Shown one piece after another: positions 31,204 through 39,814 of a stretch of DNA of 64,000 nt. The stretch's first letter is position 1. Each line of letters opens with the position of its first letter. A program made the translations under genes and the position numbers. The notes beneath the pieces are model-generated. The model was not told where the DNA came from. It made no database searches and saw nothing but the letters and a program-made list of their open reading frames with translations. The DNA is taken from the sequence record PP456879.1; one strand, given 5' to 3'.

Positions 31204-31385
31204 GTAAGAGTACTATAATAAAGTATTCTTAAATCTATCCACTAAACACACTCGGTGGTAGAACTTATTATAGAGTGTGTCTAAATGCCAGGGGTTTGCC
31301 ACCCCTGGTTATATTCATTGTTACTATTATAAATTCATTTATAGATGAGAAAAGGTTTTATCACCTTTTCAAAATCGGCATTTAA
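31204..31385 (+). ncRNA. candidate structured leader or ncRNA
   Basis: TATG start followed by four or five stems with G-U pairs on + strand. Confidence 0.4.
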
Positions 31386-31435
31386 TTCCAGTTAAAAAAC
31401 TGAATCTATGCTACATTGTAATAAAGGAGTCTATT

Positions 31436-31948
31436 ATGACTAACTCTAATCAGTTTGTAAGAACTATTGTAAAGTACCAAGATATCCTAGATGCTTTAAT
31501 TCAAAAAACGAATGAGAACTGGGTTAATTATCGATCTAATTCTATTGGTCATATTGTTATTCGTGAATACAGGACTGTTGGATTATTTGTAGGTCGGCAA
31601 TGTGGTAGTACAACTGCATTGATTGAGTTTGCTAATCGTCATCCTGGCGAATGTCTAGCTGTATTTGTAGAAGATAAAATTAAACAGGCTGTACTGGCTA
31701 AGTTCCAGAATGCTAAAGATAATATTGTTTCTTGTTTAATTACACACCAACTCCGTAAATATATTCATCAACCTGAGGAATCATCTATTCAAAAAGATAT
31801 TAAAGAAGAATTAATATCGTCTGTAAAATATATTCTTGTTGACAATGCCTCATTTAATCTGAACCTACGCGGTATCACTGATAAAGAATTTAACCAGTGG
31901 GTTGCAGATACTTTTGGTACAGAGGTAATGGTGGTTCGTTTTAGTTAG
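31436..31948 (+). CDS. degenerate P-loop-like protein
   Basis: GRQCGSTT (no Lys) and YILVDNA. Confidence 0.5.
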   Translation: MTNSNQFVRTIVKYQDILDALIQKTNENWVNYRSNSIGHIVIREYRTVGLFVGRQCGSTTALIEFANRHPGECLAVFVEDKIKQAVLAKFQNAKDNIVSCLITHQLRKYIHQPEESSIQKDIKEELISSVKYILVDNASFNLNLRGITDKEFNQWVADTFGTEVMVVRFS

Positions 31949-32109
31949 AATTAGTAACTTTGATAGTTTCTAATAAGATTAACTACACGTTATTTACATA
32001 ATGTCATAACAAGAAATAAATAATACTCAGATTGTAATAATATGTAGTTATTACATATCTATATTAGGTTGTCAGTAACTCATCTCTAATATAAAATCGC
32101 CATAATTCT

Positions 32110-32185
<76 letters not shown>

Positions 32186-32316
32186 ATTCATAGTTTTAGA
32201 TTTAGTTATATTTCACTACTATGTAAACTATAAAGGCAGCTAATGCTGCCTTTATGTCGTCTTGTAAAAGTACCCAATAGTTGAATCTTATAGCTGAATA
32301 CAAATAGGGTAAAGAC

Positions 32317-32502
32317 ATGTCACTTAAAGCATTGCAAGATATAGTTAGTAGTGTTCCTACAAATGAACAAAAGGAACGATTAGTTAAAGTTCGGAAAACG
32401 ATGGAAGAGCTAAATGAGTCTATTAAGAATCAGATTCGTAATAAACGACCTAGTCAAGCTCTTCTCGACAAAACGATAAACTGGGGTACCAAGTATGGCT
32501 AA
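32317..32502 (+). CDS. hypothetical protein
   Basis: 61 aa coiled-coil-like. Confidence 0.6.
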   Translation: MSLKALQDIVSSVPTNEQKERLVKVRKTMEELNESIKNQIRNKRPSQALLDKTINWGTKYG

Positions 32503-32785
32503 GACATTAGTTCGTGCAAAGCTGATTACTGAGGCTGGTCAATGGATGTCGTCTGACTGGGAATGTGGTTTCCGTGCATGTCGATTCGTGAAACTTGGTA
32601 ATGATCATGTAAACATAAAAGACTTTGAGGCTATGATCACGGCATTCGAAGTTGGTGACATGTTAGTGATTTGGCCAAATGGGCTTAGAACTTCGTATAG
32701 TGTGGATAATTTCAATAAGTACTTTTCCCATATCAAAGATGAATACCATGAGACTGATCTCCGTCCACTCTTTTACCCCAAGTAG
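32495..32785 (+). CDS. hypothetical protein
   Basis: 96 aa, overlaps previous stop. Confidence 0.65.
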   Translation: MAKTLVRAKLITEAGQWMSSDWECGFRACRFVKLGNDHVNIKDFEAMITAFEVGDMLVIWPNGLRTSYSVDNFNKYFSHIKDEYHETDLRPLFYPK

Positions 32786-33256
32786 TTGAGCTTATGATAA
32801 CTATATTCGTGTATAAATACATTACATTCGTTATACCCTTTAATTGATTGAAATCAAGCTACATAAAAGTGATTGAATGGTCCATGTAGGTGATAATTTT
32901 AATAAAGGTAAAGGATTTATCAGAGAATATCTCAGTGCATTTAGGTATTTTATCACTCGCCTATCTAAATCACATAAAGCCCTTTACCGAGGAATGTGAG
33001 AATGTTGGTTGCGATTGATAATACTGGGACAGAATATGATGTCGACCCAACTGATGAAGTAGACGTAATGTTTGTATTTAGACCCACACTAAAATAACTT
33101 TATATGACTTAATACCCCTCTATATAGAGTGGTCTATTTATAAGTAAAATTATACATAGAGTTAATATTATTTGTAGATTAGTTCTACACATAACTCAAC
33201 TTGAAACCGGGTGTTAATAAAATTTAACACTACGGAAAACATAAAGGTGTATAAAA

Positions 33257-33886
33257 ATGGCTTTTCATTTTACTGAAGTAGATTTAAATGATTTTATCAA
33301 TGAATCAGGTAAAGACTTAAAAATAAATGTTGGTAAACAAACACTAGCAGTTTATGATATCGATAGGCTAAATATTGTTAATTCAACTATTAATAAACTA
33401 GTTTATAATGAACCTATAAGTGAAGAACACATAGATGCATCACTTACAGATAATTCATTAAAAGAGCTTAATGATTATTTACTAAATGTTGGTGTTACTG
33501 AAAGCGCTAAAATGATGATTGATGCTGTGTTAGAATTAAGCGATTATCATAAAAGTGATGAATACTTTAACCCAATGATGTATAAATTAAAAAGTATGCA
33601 CACTAAAAATACAGATGGTGTTTATTTGATATTTTTACCAACGCCTACTATCGATGATCAAATTAACACCATGCAAGGGTATATTATCAATAAATCCGGT
33701 AATCTCATTAGGACTACTGTACAGTCATGGCGATTTGAGAAAATTGAATTCAAAGACTTAGCCAAACATGATAGACGTTGGTTATTTATTGAATATTACA
33801 TTAATGTTAAACAAACGAAAAATAATATAATCAAAGAGCAACAAGATGAATTAACTAAATTTATTTATTATAGTACTCTAAGTTAA
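33257..33886 (+). CDS. hypothetical protein
   Basis: 209 aa, AAGGTG RBS. Confidence 0.75.
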   Translation: MAFHFTEVDLNDFINESGKDLKINVGKQTLAVYDIDRLNIVNSTINKLVYNEPISEEHIDASLTDNSLKELNDYLLNVGVTESAKMMIDAVLELSDYHKSDEYFNPMMYKLKSMHTKNTDGVYLIFLPTPTIDDQINTMQGYIINKSGNLIRTTVQSWRFEKIEFKDLAKHDRRWLFIEYYINVKQTKNNIIKEQQDELTKFIYYSTLS

Positions 33887-33910
33887 AACAAATAAAAAAA
33901 TAAATATAAG

Positions 33911-33933
33911 AGCTAGCCCCTAATGGGCTAGCT
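33911..33933. terminator. bidirectional terminator
   Basis: AGCTAGCCC-CTAAT-GGGCTAGCT between convergent ORFs. Confidence 0.8.
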
Positions 33934-33943
33934 TTATGTTATC

Positions 33944-34081
33944 TTACTCTGCTACATCTTTTACATCAGGTTTATTATTCCAACGTACTGCTCTCGCAAT
34001 ACCATACGTAAGAATAAGAGCACCTACGGTGCCAATAGTGGTGCTAATAATAATGCCAAGAGTTTTTGGATCAATATTCAT
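33944..34081 (-). CDS. single-pass membrane peptide (45 aa), below track cutoff
   Basis: MNIDPKTLGIIISTTIGTVGALILTYGIARAVRW..., AGGA RBS, own early-type promoter. Confidence 0.7.
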   Translation of the reverse strand: MNIDPKTLGIIISTTIGTVGALILTYGIARAVRWNNKPDVKDVAE

Positions 34082-34137
34082 ATTTAGTATCCTATTTACA
34101 ATTAATAGAAAATATTACTTTTAGTAATATCAAGTTA

Positions 34138-34166
34138 ATGATATACTGTTTAAATATGTTTGAATA
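34138..34166 (-). promoter_or_regulatory. early promoter variant (TATATCAT)
   Basis: 40-nt match to the 16943 promoter with 2 mismatches. Confidence 0.7.
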
Positions 34167-34228
34167 TAACTTTATTTATTATAATAAATAAAATAATACT
34201 TTCATATACACTATATGTAGAAGATTCC

Positions 34229-34305
34229 GCCGCTATAGCTCAGCTAGGTAGAGCAACGCACTTGTAATGCGTAGGTCCTCCGTTCGATTCGGAGTGGCGG
34301 CACCA
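34229..34305 (+). tRNA. trnT: tRNA-Thr(TGT)
   Basis: cloverleaf, loop CTTGTAA, CCA. Confidence 0.95.
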
Positions 34306-34383
34306 AATTTACTGAGGTTTAAACTATTCTTAAATATATTAGTTAGGATGGGATTGAACGCGAAAGACTCAGTAAATCATATT

Positions 34384-34403
34384 GCCCCTCCATATGGAGG
34401 GGC
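34384..34403 (+). terminator. terminator hairpin
   Basis: GCCCCTCC-ATAT-GGAGGGGC. Confidence 0.75.
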
Positions 34404-34434
34404 TTATGTTTGTCATTAATCAGGAAAATATAAA

Positions 34435-34611
34435 ATGAGTCATCTATTATTTATCATCCAAGAATACATTACTAATAAATTTGAGGTAACACGAATTGAT
34501 ATGAAGCCAGGTAATAGAATGTTACGTGTATGTTTATACGGTCAACATGAGGGAAAAGGTTTCGTCCGTATAGATTTATGGTCAGTTGGTTATCGCATTA
34601 CAAAGAAATAA
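34435..34611 (+). CDS. small protein (58 aa, MSHLLFIIQ...), below track cutoff
   Basis: AGGA RBS; hand-translated. Confidence 0.6.
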   Translation: MSHLLFIIQEYITNKFEVTRIDMKPGNRMLRVCLYGQHEGKGFVRIDLWSVGYRITKK

Positions 34612-34653
34612 TACTCCAGATTATTTAATATGTATTAATCAAAGGAGTTTATA

Positions 34654-35064
34654 ATGAGTAATGAAACTAACTATCTAGGTTATGAATGGAAAACAGATAT
34701 AACTACTTCAAATCTTAATAGAGTGGTTGATTTATATACACTTGAATTAACATGGTTAAAAGAAGATTTTAATGATACTCTTTTTATAAAGTCTTATAAA
34801 GTGCTAGAGGGTCTATTAGAGGAACCGTCTAGGGCAATCCATGATGATACAGTAACCGTTCAAGATCAATTAGATGAATTAAATACTGTTTTTAAATTAG
34901 TATTTGGAAAAGATAATGACGTAGAGTTATCAATTAATAATGATTCAATTATTGTGATCGGTGCTACAGATGCAACTAAAGAAAAATTAGAAGCAGAGGT
35001 GCGTGAGTTTGCATATAGAAAATCATTAATTGATGAACGTTATCCAGACATTGTAACGGATTAA
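34654..35064 (+). CDS. hypothetical protein
   Basis: 136 aa, AAGGAG RBS. Confidence 0.75.
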   Translation: MSNETNYLGYEWKTDITTSNLNRVVDLYTLELTWLKEDFNDTLFIKSYKVLEGLLEEPSRAIHDDTVTVQDQLDELNTVFKLVFGKDNDVELSINNDSIIVIGATDATKEKLEAEVREFAYRKSLIDERYPDIVTD

Positions 35065-35144
35065 AATACTTACAGCTATCTAGTATGTAACTAGGCGGAT
35101 TGCCATTTGTAAATTATCTATTTAATCAAACTGAGGAAATACTA

Positions 35145-35534
35145 ATGAAACAATTCTTTCAACTACTTCTAAGCCTACTTTTCAAACTACCGGTTCTATC
35201 ATATTTTGCTGAGAAGAAACGACTAGAGAAAGAGAAAAAGGAAGAAGAAAAGCGTCAGCAAGAACAACGTCAAAAAGAACTACTTGACGAACAGCGTCGC
35301 GAACAAGAAGATCATTATCGAAAGACGGCTTACGATCGCCTAGCAAAACTTATTCATACTCGGTGGTATGATGAGTTTAATGCATATGAAAAGAAACTAG
35401 TTGATCTTGCCGTGTCTACTGGTAAAGCAGTTAGTGTTAAGTATGGTAAAGTTACTAAGATGCAACACCCTCATCAATTTAAACTACTTAATGATTGGCT
35501 GGATGATATTCCAGTAGAAGATTTTTCTAAGTGA
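35145..35534 (+). CDS. hypothetical protein with charged coiled coil
   Basis: GAGGA RBS before MKQFFQ. Confidence 0.7.
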   Translation: MKQFFQLLLSLLFKLPVLSYFAEKKRLEKEKKEEEKRQQEQRQKELLDEQRREQEDHYRKTAYDRLAKLIHTRWYDEFNAYEKKLVDLAVSTGKAVSVKYGKVTKMQHPHQFKLLNDWLDDIPVEDFSK

Positions 35535-35560
35535 GTTTAAATAAAAAAATAAAGACATAT

Positions 35561-35582
35561 CCCCTCTCCATACGGAGAGGGG
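35561..35582. terminator. bidirectional terminator at +/- block junction
   Basis: CCCCTCTCC-ATAC-GGAGAGGGG. Confidence 0.8.
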
Positions 35583-35594
35583 TTTATGCCGTAA

Positions 35595-36275
35595 TTATAC
35601 ACTTACTTTGATAAGATTTTTAATATCAGTAAAATGGGTATATGTTGCCTTTTTATCTTTGTGAACCAGTAAGCAACAGGTGCCTTCATTTACTGTATTG
35701 GTTTGTTTTAATGGGATATTTAAAGCATATTCAAACAGATCATCCATCCAGTTAAATACCATGAACTTACTGATAAGGACATGATCGAAATCAATTAATC
35801 CAATAAACGAATCGATCTCAAATTGATAATACTCTACAACCATTTTAGACCATTCTTTGTTTATTGCCTCAATGACATTAGGATTATTTATTTTATTAAA
35901 TAACTCAGTGCGTTCCTTAGTAGGTAAACTGAGGTAATAATTAATATTACTCCTAACGATATCTGGATTAGTGATATCAATTTTTTCTGGTAAGTTATAT
36001 TTACTATCTACATAATTCTTAGTTTCTGGCGTCATTCTCCAGCAACCATAATCAGCAGTAGTACTTGATAGATCTACTCTAGCCTCTACTACTTTAGAAA
36101 ATACATTTACATATAAATTAACAGATTCACATATATCAGGTCTGATTGAATTAAAGTTTAAACTTTTAATAAGACCCCTAACTGGTCGAGTACCAATTAG
36201 ACAATGCAATTCAAGCTTAACATTTTCCTCTTTAGCCATCTTAAATATATCAGCAAAACTGAGCTTTTCTACCAT
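35595..36275 (-). CDS. hypothetical protein
   Basis: 226 aa. Confidence 0.75.
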   Translation of the reverse strand: MVEKLSFADIFKMAKEENVKLELHCLIGTRPVRGLIKSLNFNSIRPDICESVNLYVNVFSKVVEARVDLSSTTADYGCWRMTPETKNYVDSKYNLPEKIDITNPDIVRSNINYYLSLPTKERTELFNKINNPNVIEAINKEWSKMVVEYYQFEIDSFIGLIDFDHVLISKFMVFNWMDDLFEYALNIPLKQTNTVNEGTCCLLVHKDKKATYTHFTDIKNLIKVSV

Positions 36276-36425
36276 TTAGAATATACCTTTTATTAATTGG
36301 ACAAATAGATTAGATACACATAGCAATAGAATAAACCATAAACCTAGTCTTTGTAATTTATCTATACGCTTAGCTTTTTGTTTCCTCTTTAATCTAACTA
36401 ATAATGTATTTTTAATATCATTCAT
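36276..36425 (-). CDS. small membrane protein (49 aa), below track cutoff
   Basis: basic N-terminus then GLWFILLLCVSNLFVQLI; stop abuts next ATG. Confidence 0.6.
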   Translation of the reverse strand: MNDIKNTLLVRLKRKQKAKRIDKLQRLGLWFILLLCVSNLFVQLIKGIF

Positions 36426-36444
36426 TAAATTATCTCAGATTTTT

Positions 36445-36975
36445 TTAGACGGTGTATAAACCTTCAGTATTACATGTTGTTATGATGTTGTAAAGACGAT
36501 GCCAATAGCGATCATACGTATTTTTACGTTTGTAGCTATTGGTGCGGATGACTAGATTGGCGACCCAGTGATTCTGATCAATGGTCTCATGTAGATGCCC
36601 GAAATAAGCCCCCAGTTCAATTTCGAATGGGATCTTACACTCACGCCCCTTACATATTGCTTCACGTAATAAACGCATTGCAGAATTCTCTGCATTAGTG
36701 TCTTTAAATAAAAGACTAATGTATCCAGGGCTACCACCAGTTTCTTCATCAACATGGCCTGAACAACAATAAATAGTTGCAATATTGGTGAATTGGTTAA
36801 ACCATTTAATCAATGGTCTACATGCTTCATCAATAAGATCTTCATATTCAGGTTTATACATTACTTTAACAGTATCATCTGCACGTTGTTTCACATGATG
36901 AAAATATTGCTCCCAATTTACATTAGTGTAATATAGCATATCCATATTAGAATTACTCATACAAATCAACCCCAT
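36445..36975 (-). CDS. TYW3-like fold protein
   Basis: IDEACRPLIKWFN...TIYCCSGH...GYISL resembles the TYW3 ID..i..l...iN...T.SSCSGR motif. Confidence 0.45.
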   Translation of the reverse strand: MGLICMSNSNMDMLYYTNVNWEQYFHHVKQRADDTVKVMYKPEYEDLIDEACRPLIKWFNQFTNIATIYCCSGHVDEETGGSPGYISLLFKDTNAENSAMRLLREAICKGRECKIPFEIELGAYFGHLHETIDQNHWVANLVIRTNSYKRKNTYDRYWHRLYNIITTCNTEGLYTV

Positions 36976-37703
36976 ATGTTATTGGCATATTCGCGGTCAT
37001 TGAAAATGCGGGTAAGATCCATCCGCTTTTGAATGCGCGCTAGTATCCATTTTAGTTGTTTAGTTGATAGTTCTTGATTTTGCTTGTACTCACCTGTAGC
37101 ATGGATGTAATAATCAAATTTACGACTTACAGTAGTAGTATGTGCACATGCAATAGCAAATGCTTCAAGTGCAGTTAGTTTGGTTGATCCATTATCATTA
37201 CAATTAGGGATAAACTCAAGTACACTATTAACTGCATCTACACCACTACCCAAATGAGCCCAATCTTTCTTGGTGATGTTGATACCCATGTCTTTAAGAA
37301 TAACTGTATATATGTCACCATTCTCCATAGTGAACATCATAGAAGTATTACCATTAAACAACCTGCGTTCTATGACTGGCAAGATATTTACTTCAACTTT
37401 AAACCAATCAGCTAAATCAACACCTGCGGTAAGGGCATTCAATAGATCATAAACATTATCTATAGTTCCAGCAAAAGCCATAGTTTTAACACGTTTGCCT
37501 TGCCAAGTAACAGTCGGATGAAAAATTATCTTGTGGCAATCATTGTAATATACATCTACACCTTCAGCTTTAGCAGTTAGATCAATATAACCGTTATCTA
37601 ATACTGGAAGTCGCCCAATGCTATCAGTTGCATTATTCCGCTCAATTAATAGGCAGTCTGCAATCATGACTTTACCATCATTTACGATATATGTCATTTT
37701 CAC
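36966..37703 (-). CDS. Ntn-hydrolase (HslV/proteasome beta-like) protein
   Basis: M-TYIVNDGKVMIAD, FAG, LGSG, ALEAFAIA. Confidence 0.55.
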   Translation of the reverse strand: MKMTYIVNDGKVMIADCLLIERNNATDSIGRLPVLDNGYIDLTAKAEGVDVYYNDCHKIIFHPTVTWQGKRVKTMAFAGTIDNVYDLLNALTAGVDLADWFKVEVNILPVIERRLFNGNTSMMFTMENGDIYTVILKDMGINITKKDWAHLGSGVDAVNSVLEFIPNCNDNGSTKLTALEAFAIACAHTTTVSRKFDYYIHATGEYKQNQELSTKQLKWILARIQKRMDLTRIFNDREYANNIWG

Positions 37704-37734
37704 CCCTTATAATAAAATAAATAGGCTTAAGCGA

Positions 37735-37855
37735 AATAAAGCCCTCCCCGAAGGGAGGGCATTATCAATAGGTGGGATCTCGGCGGCACCTTCATTTGCG
37801 GACGGGAACGCTGAAGGGAGATAGTCCGGGAGATCCCGATTTGGGTATTCTTTAC
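37735..37855 (-). ncRNA. candidate GC-rich structured RNA
   Basis: TATG start, nested stems 37774-37837 (40/64 GC), UUCG terminator 37741-37760. Confidence 0.45.
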
Positions 37856-37863
37856 ATATGGTA

Positions 37864-38244
37864 TTACTGCAAGTATTTGTTCCCCGCAGTATAATCACCA
37901 TTGATCCAATTTTTGATTACAACACTGATCCCTTCATTTTCTTTAACGGTAACCCCCAACTCAAGATCGATTGATTGATAAGCTACAGCCGCCAGTGTTA
38001 ACCGAAGATAAACGGATCCATCTTTTTCGATATCGTAGGATACTACGAACCCGTCTTGTAGATTTTGTAGCTGGAATGTATTAGCATGTTGTGGGTGGAG
38101 ACGATCCATATTGTACTCGACGACATCTAGTAGATATTGCCGAGCATCAGCAGCATTATCAAATCCGAGATCGCACAGACCGATCGGATAGCGAGCTTGC
38201 GTGCATGTAACTTTCATAGATACTACACGATGTTGTTTGCACAT
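37864..38244 (-). CDS. hypothetical protein
   Basis: 126 aa, GAGGA RBS. Confidence 0.75.
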   Translation of the reverse strand: MCKQHRVVSMKVTCTQARYPIGLCDLGFDNAADARQYLLDVVEYNMDRLHPQHANTFQLQNLQDGFVVSYDIEKDGSVYLRLTLAAVAYQSIDLELGVTVKENEGISVVIKNWINGDYTAGNKYLQ

Positions 38245-38385
38245 TATATTTTCCTCTTAGATGTCAAAAACCCTCCCCGATCAGGGGAGGGTATCTCATT
38301 GGTACTTCTTCAGCAAAACTGAAACTAAGATAAAAGAGCAATCGTAAAGGAACTACATAGAATAGTGTATTTCTTTTACTATTTT

Positions 38386-38799
38386 TTACACAACCTCTTT
38401 AGATGGGGGTTCTTTATGAATCCAGTCTAAAGTTGTTGGTAAACTATTATCTGATCTGAAGGTACACACCGTCCGGAACCGAGAGTGATCAACTACAGAT
38501 AATTGCCCGTTAATCGCAGCCTCATATTGCCTACACAACTTCACACACCTTTTCTCTAGATCAGTTGGTTCGTAACCTTCTTCTCTTGGTTCAGTGTATG
38601 GTCCATCCCAAAAGAATATTAATCTAAGATCAATCCCAGATTTATACTCCGCTTGGTATGAATATTGATGAACATCAAAATCATCTAATTCTTCAACTAG
38701 ATGTGATGTTATTGTTCTAGGGTGTTCATGAGTTAATTCACTGTATATATGTTTATTTCTAGGGTTTTGTAAATCAACTACGATAAGTTGACTAGTCAT
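38386..38799 (-). CDS. hypothetical protein
   Basis: start MTSQLIVV directly after the upstream stop. Confidence 0.7.
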   Translation of the reverse strand: MTSQLIVVDLQNPRNKHIYSELTHEHPRTITSHLVEELDDFDVHQYSYQAEYKSGIDLRLIFFWDGPYTEPREEGYEPTDLEKRCVKLCRQYEAAINGQLSVVDHSRFRTVCTFRSDNSLPTTLDWIHKEPPSKEVV

Positions 38800-38800
38800 T

Positions 38801-39454
38801 TTAACTTTTATCCAGATGTCTATTACGAGTGCGTTCCACTGCTGTAGGTTCGACAGTGGCTCGCGGTAGATAAGTAATCTCCGGGAAAGTCTTATTAAGA
38901 GCATCTTCAATTAGCTCTTTAGCAATCTCTGCATCGATGTAATGGTTTAGAATAATACCACGATGATACAGGAAGAAGCTGTATTCATCATAACCATGGC
39001 GAAGACTTACTTTACCACGATACCCACCATAGGTTAGAGTATCTTCGTTAATTTCATTCCGATAAATATCAAGTTGGATATTATTTTGAAGATGCATTTG
39101 AATGAAGTCATTACTATCACCGCCGAATAGGGTTGGTCGTTTCCGACCAGTAACAACATCTTGGATGGAATCCATTAGTCGGTTAATGTCTGTTTCTAAT
39201 CGTTGGATATCACATTGAGAATTCATTGCTTCATGGAAACGAGTTACAACTGCATTGAATTCTTCTTCAGTCCAACCACTGGTACGTTTTTCATAATCAA
39301 CAATGATAATACCGAACCAGGCATAACCGTTAGAATGTTTTACTTTAACACATAGATGAGGTACATTATCAGCACCTGACTGATGGTTAACAGTGTAATT
39401 ATTATTACGGCTGATTACTAGTTTGATAAAAGGTAGACTAATGATTGACGCCAT
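38801..39454 (-). CDS. hypothetical protein
   Basis: 217 aa, AAAGGA RBS. Confidence 0.75.
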   Translation of the reverse strand: MASIISLPFIKLVISRNNNYTVNHQSGADNVPHLCVKVKHSNGYAWFGIIIVDYEKRTSGWTEEEFNAVVTRFHEAMNSQCDIQRLETDINRLMDSIQDVVTGRKRPTLFGGDSNDFIQMHLQNNIQLDIYRNEINEDTLTYGGYRGKVSLRHGYDEYSFFLYHRGIILNHYIDAEIAKELIEDALNKTFPEITYLPRATVEPTAVERTRNRHLDKS

Positions 39455-39602
39455 GGAAATATTCCTTTTGTATTTTTTAAATTAAAGTAGGAGTTATTAT
39501 TGAGTTTCAACTCAATACATCAATAACTCCAGTATGTTTTCAAAATTAAATACATGTATTTACAGTTACATTGTAACCAGTTAGTTTTGCCAACAATACA
39601 AA

Positions 39603-39791
39603 TTAGCGAACCTGTTCGATTTTTTCAGAAACAATGAAAATATGTGCAATACGATCCTCATCAACATACCGATATCGAAATGAGGTATAACTAGATGACA
39701 CATCCGTATCGTTTAAATAGGTGATATTAAAATCATCTACTTCCCTACCATTAGCAGCCGCAACGGTATTTAGAATGTTGAGTAGACTCAT
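39603..39791 (-). CDS. hypothetical protein
   Basis: 62 aa, AAAGGA RBS. Confidence 0.65.
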   Translation of the reverse strand: MSLLNILNTVAAANGREVDDFNITYLNDTDVSSSYTSFRYRYVDEDRIAHIFIVSEKIEQVR

Positions 39792-39814
39792 TTTACAGAT
39801 TCCTTTTTAGTATA

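Noticed and set aside
32786-33256. 470-nt gap as a large ncRNA or homing endonuclease remnant
   Set aside because: It contains only short ORFs (about 40 and 31 aa) and weak AT-rich stems; no HNH or GIY-YIG motif is visible.
37819-37827. AGATAGTCC resembling the group I intron S element
   Set aside because: There is no GACTA partner for P7, no interrupted gene, and the region is far too short.
37707-37901. 64-aa ORF across the GC-rich element
   Set aside because: It runs through a strong terminator, has no RBS and overlaps the previous gene; the structure is better explained as RNA.
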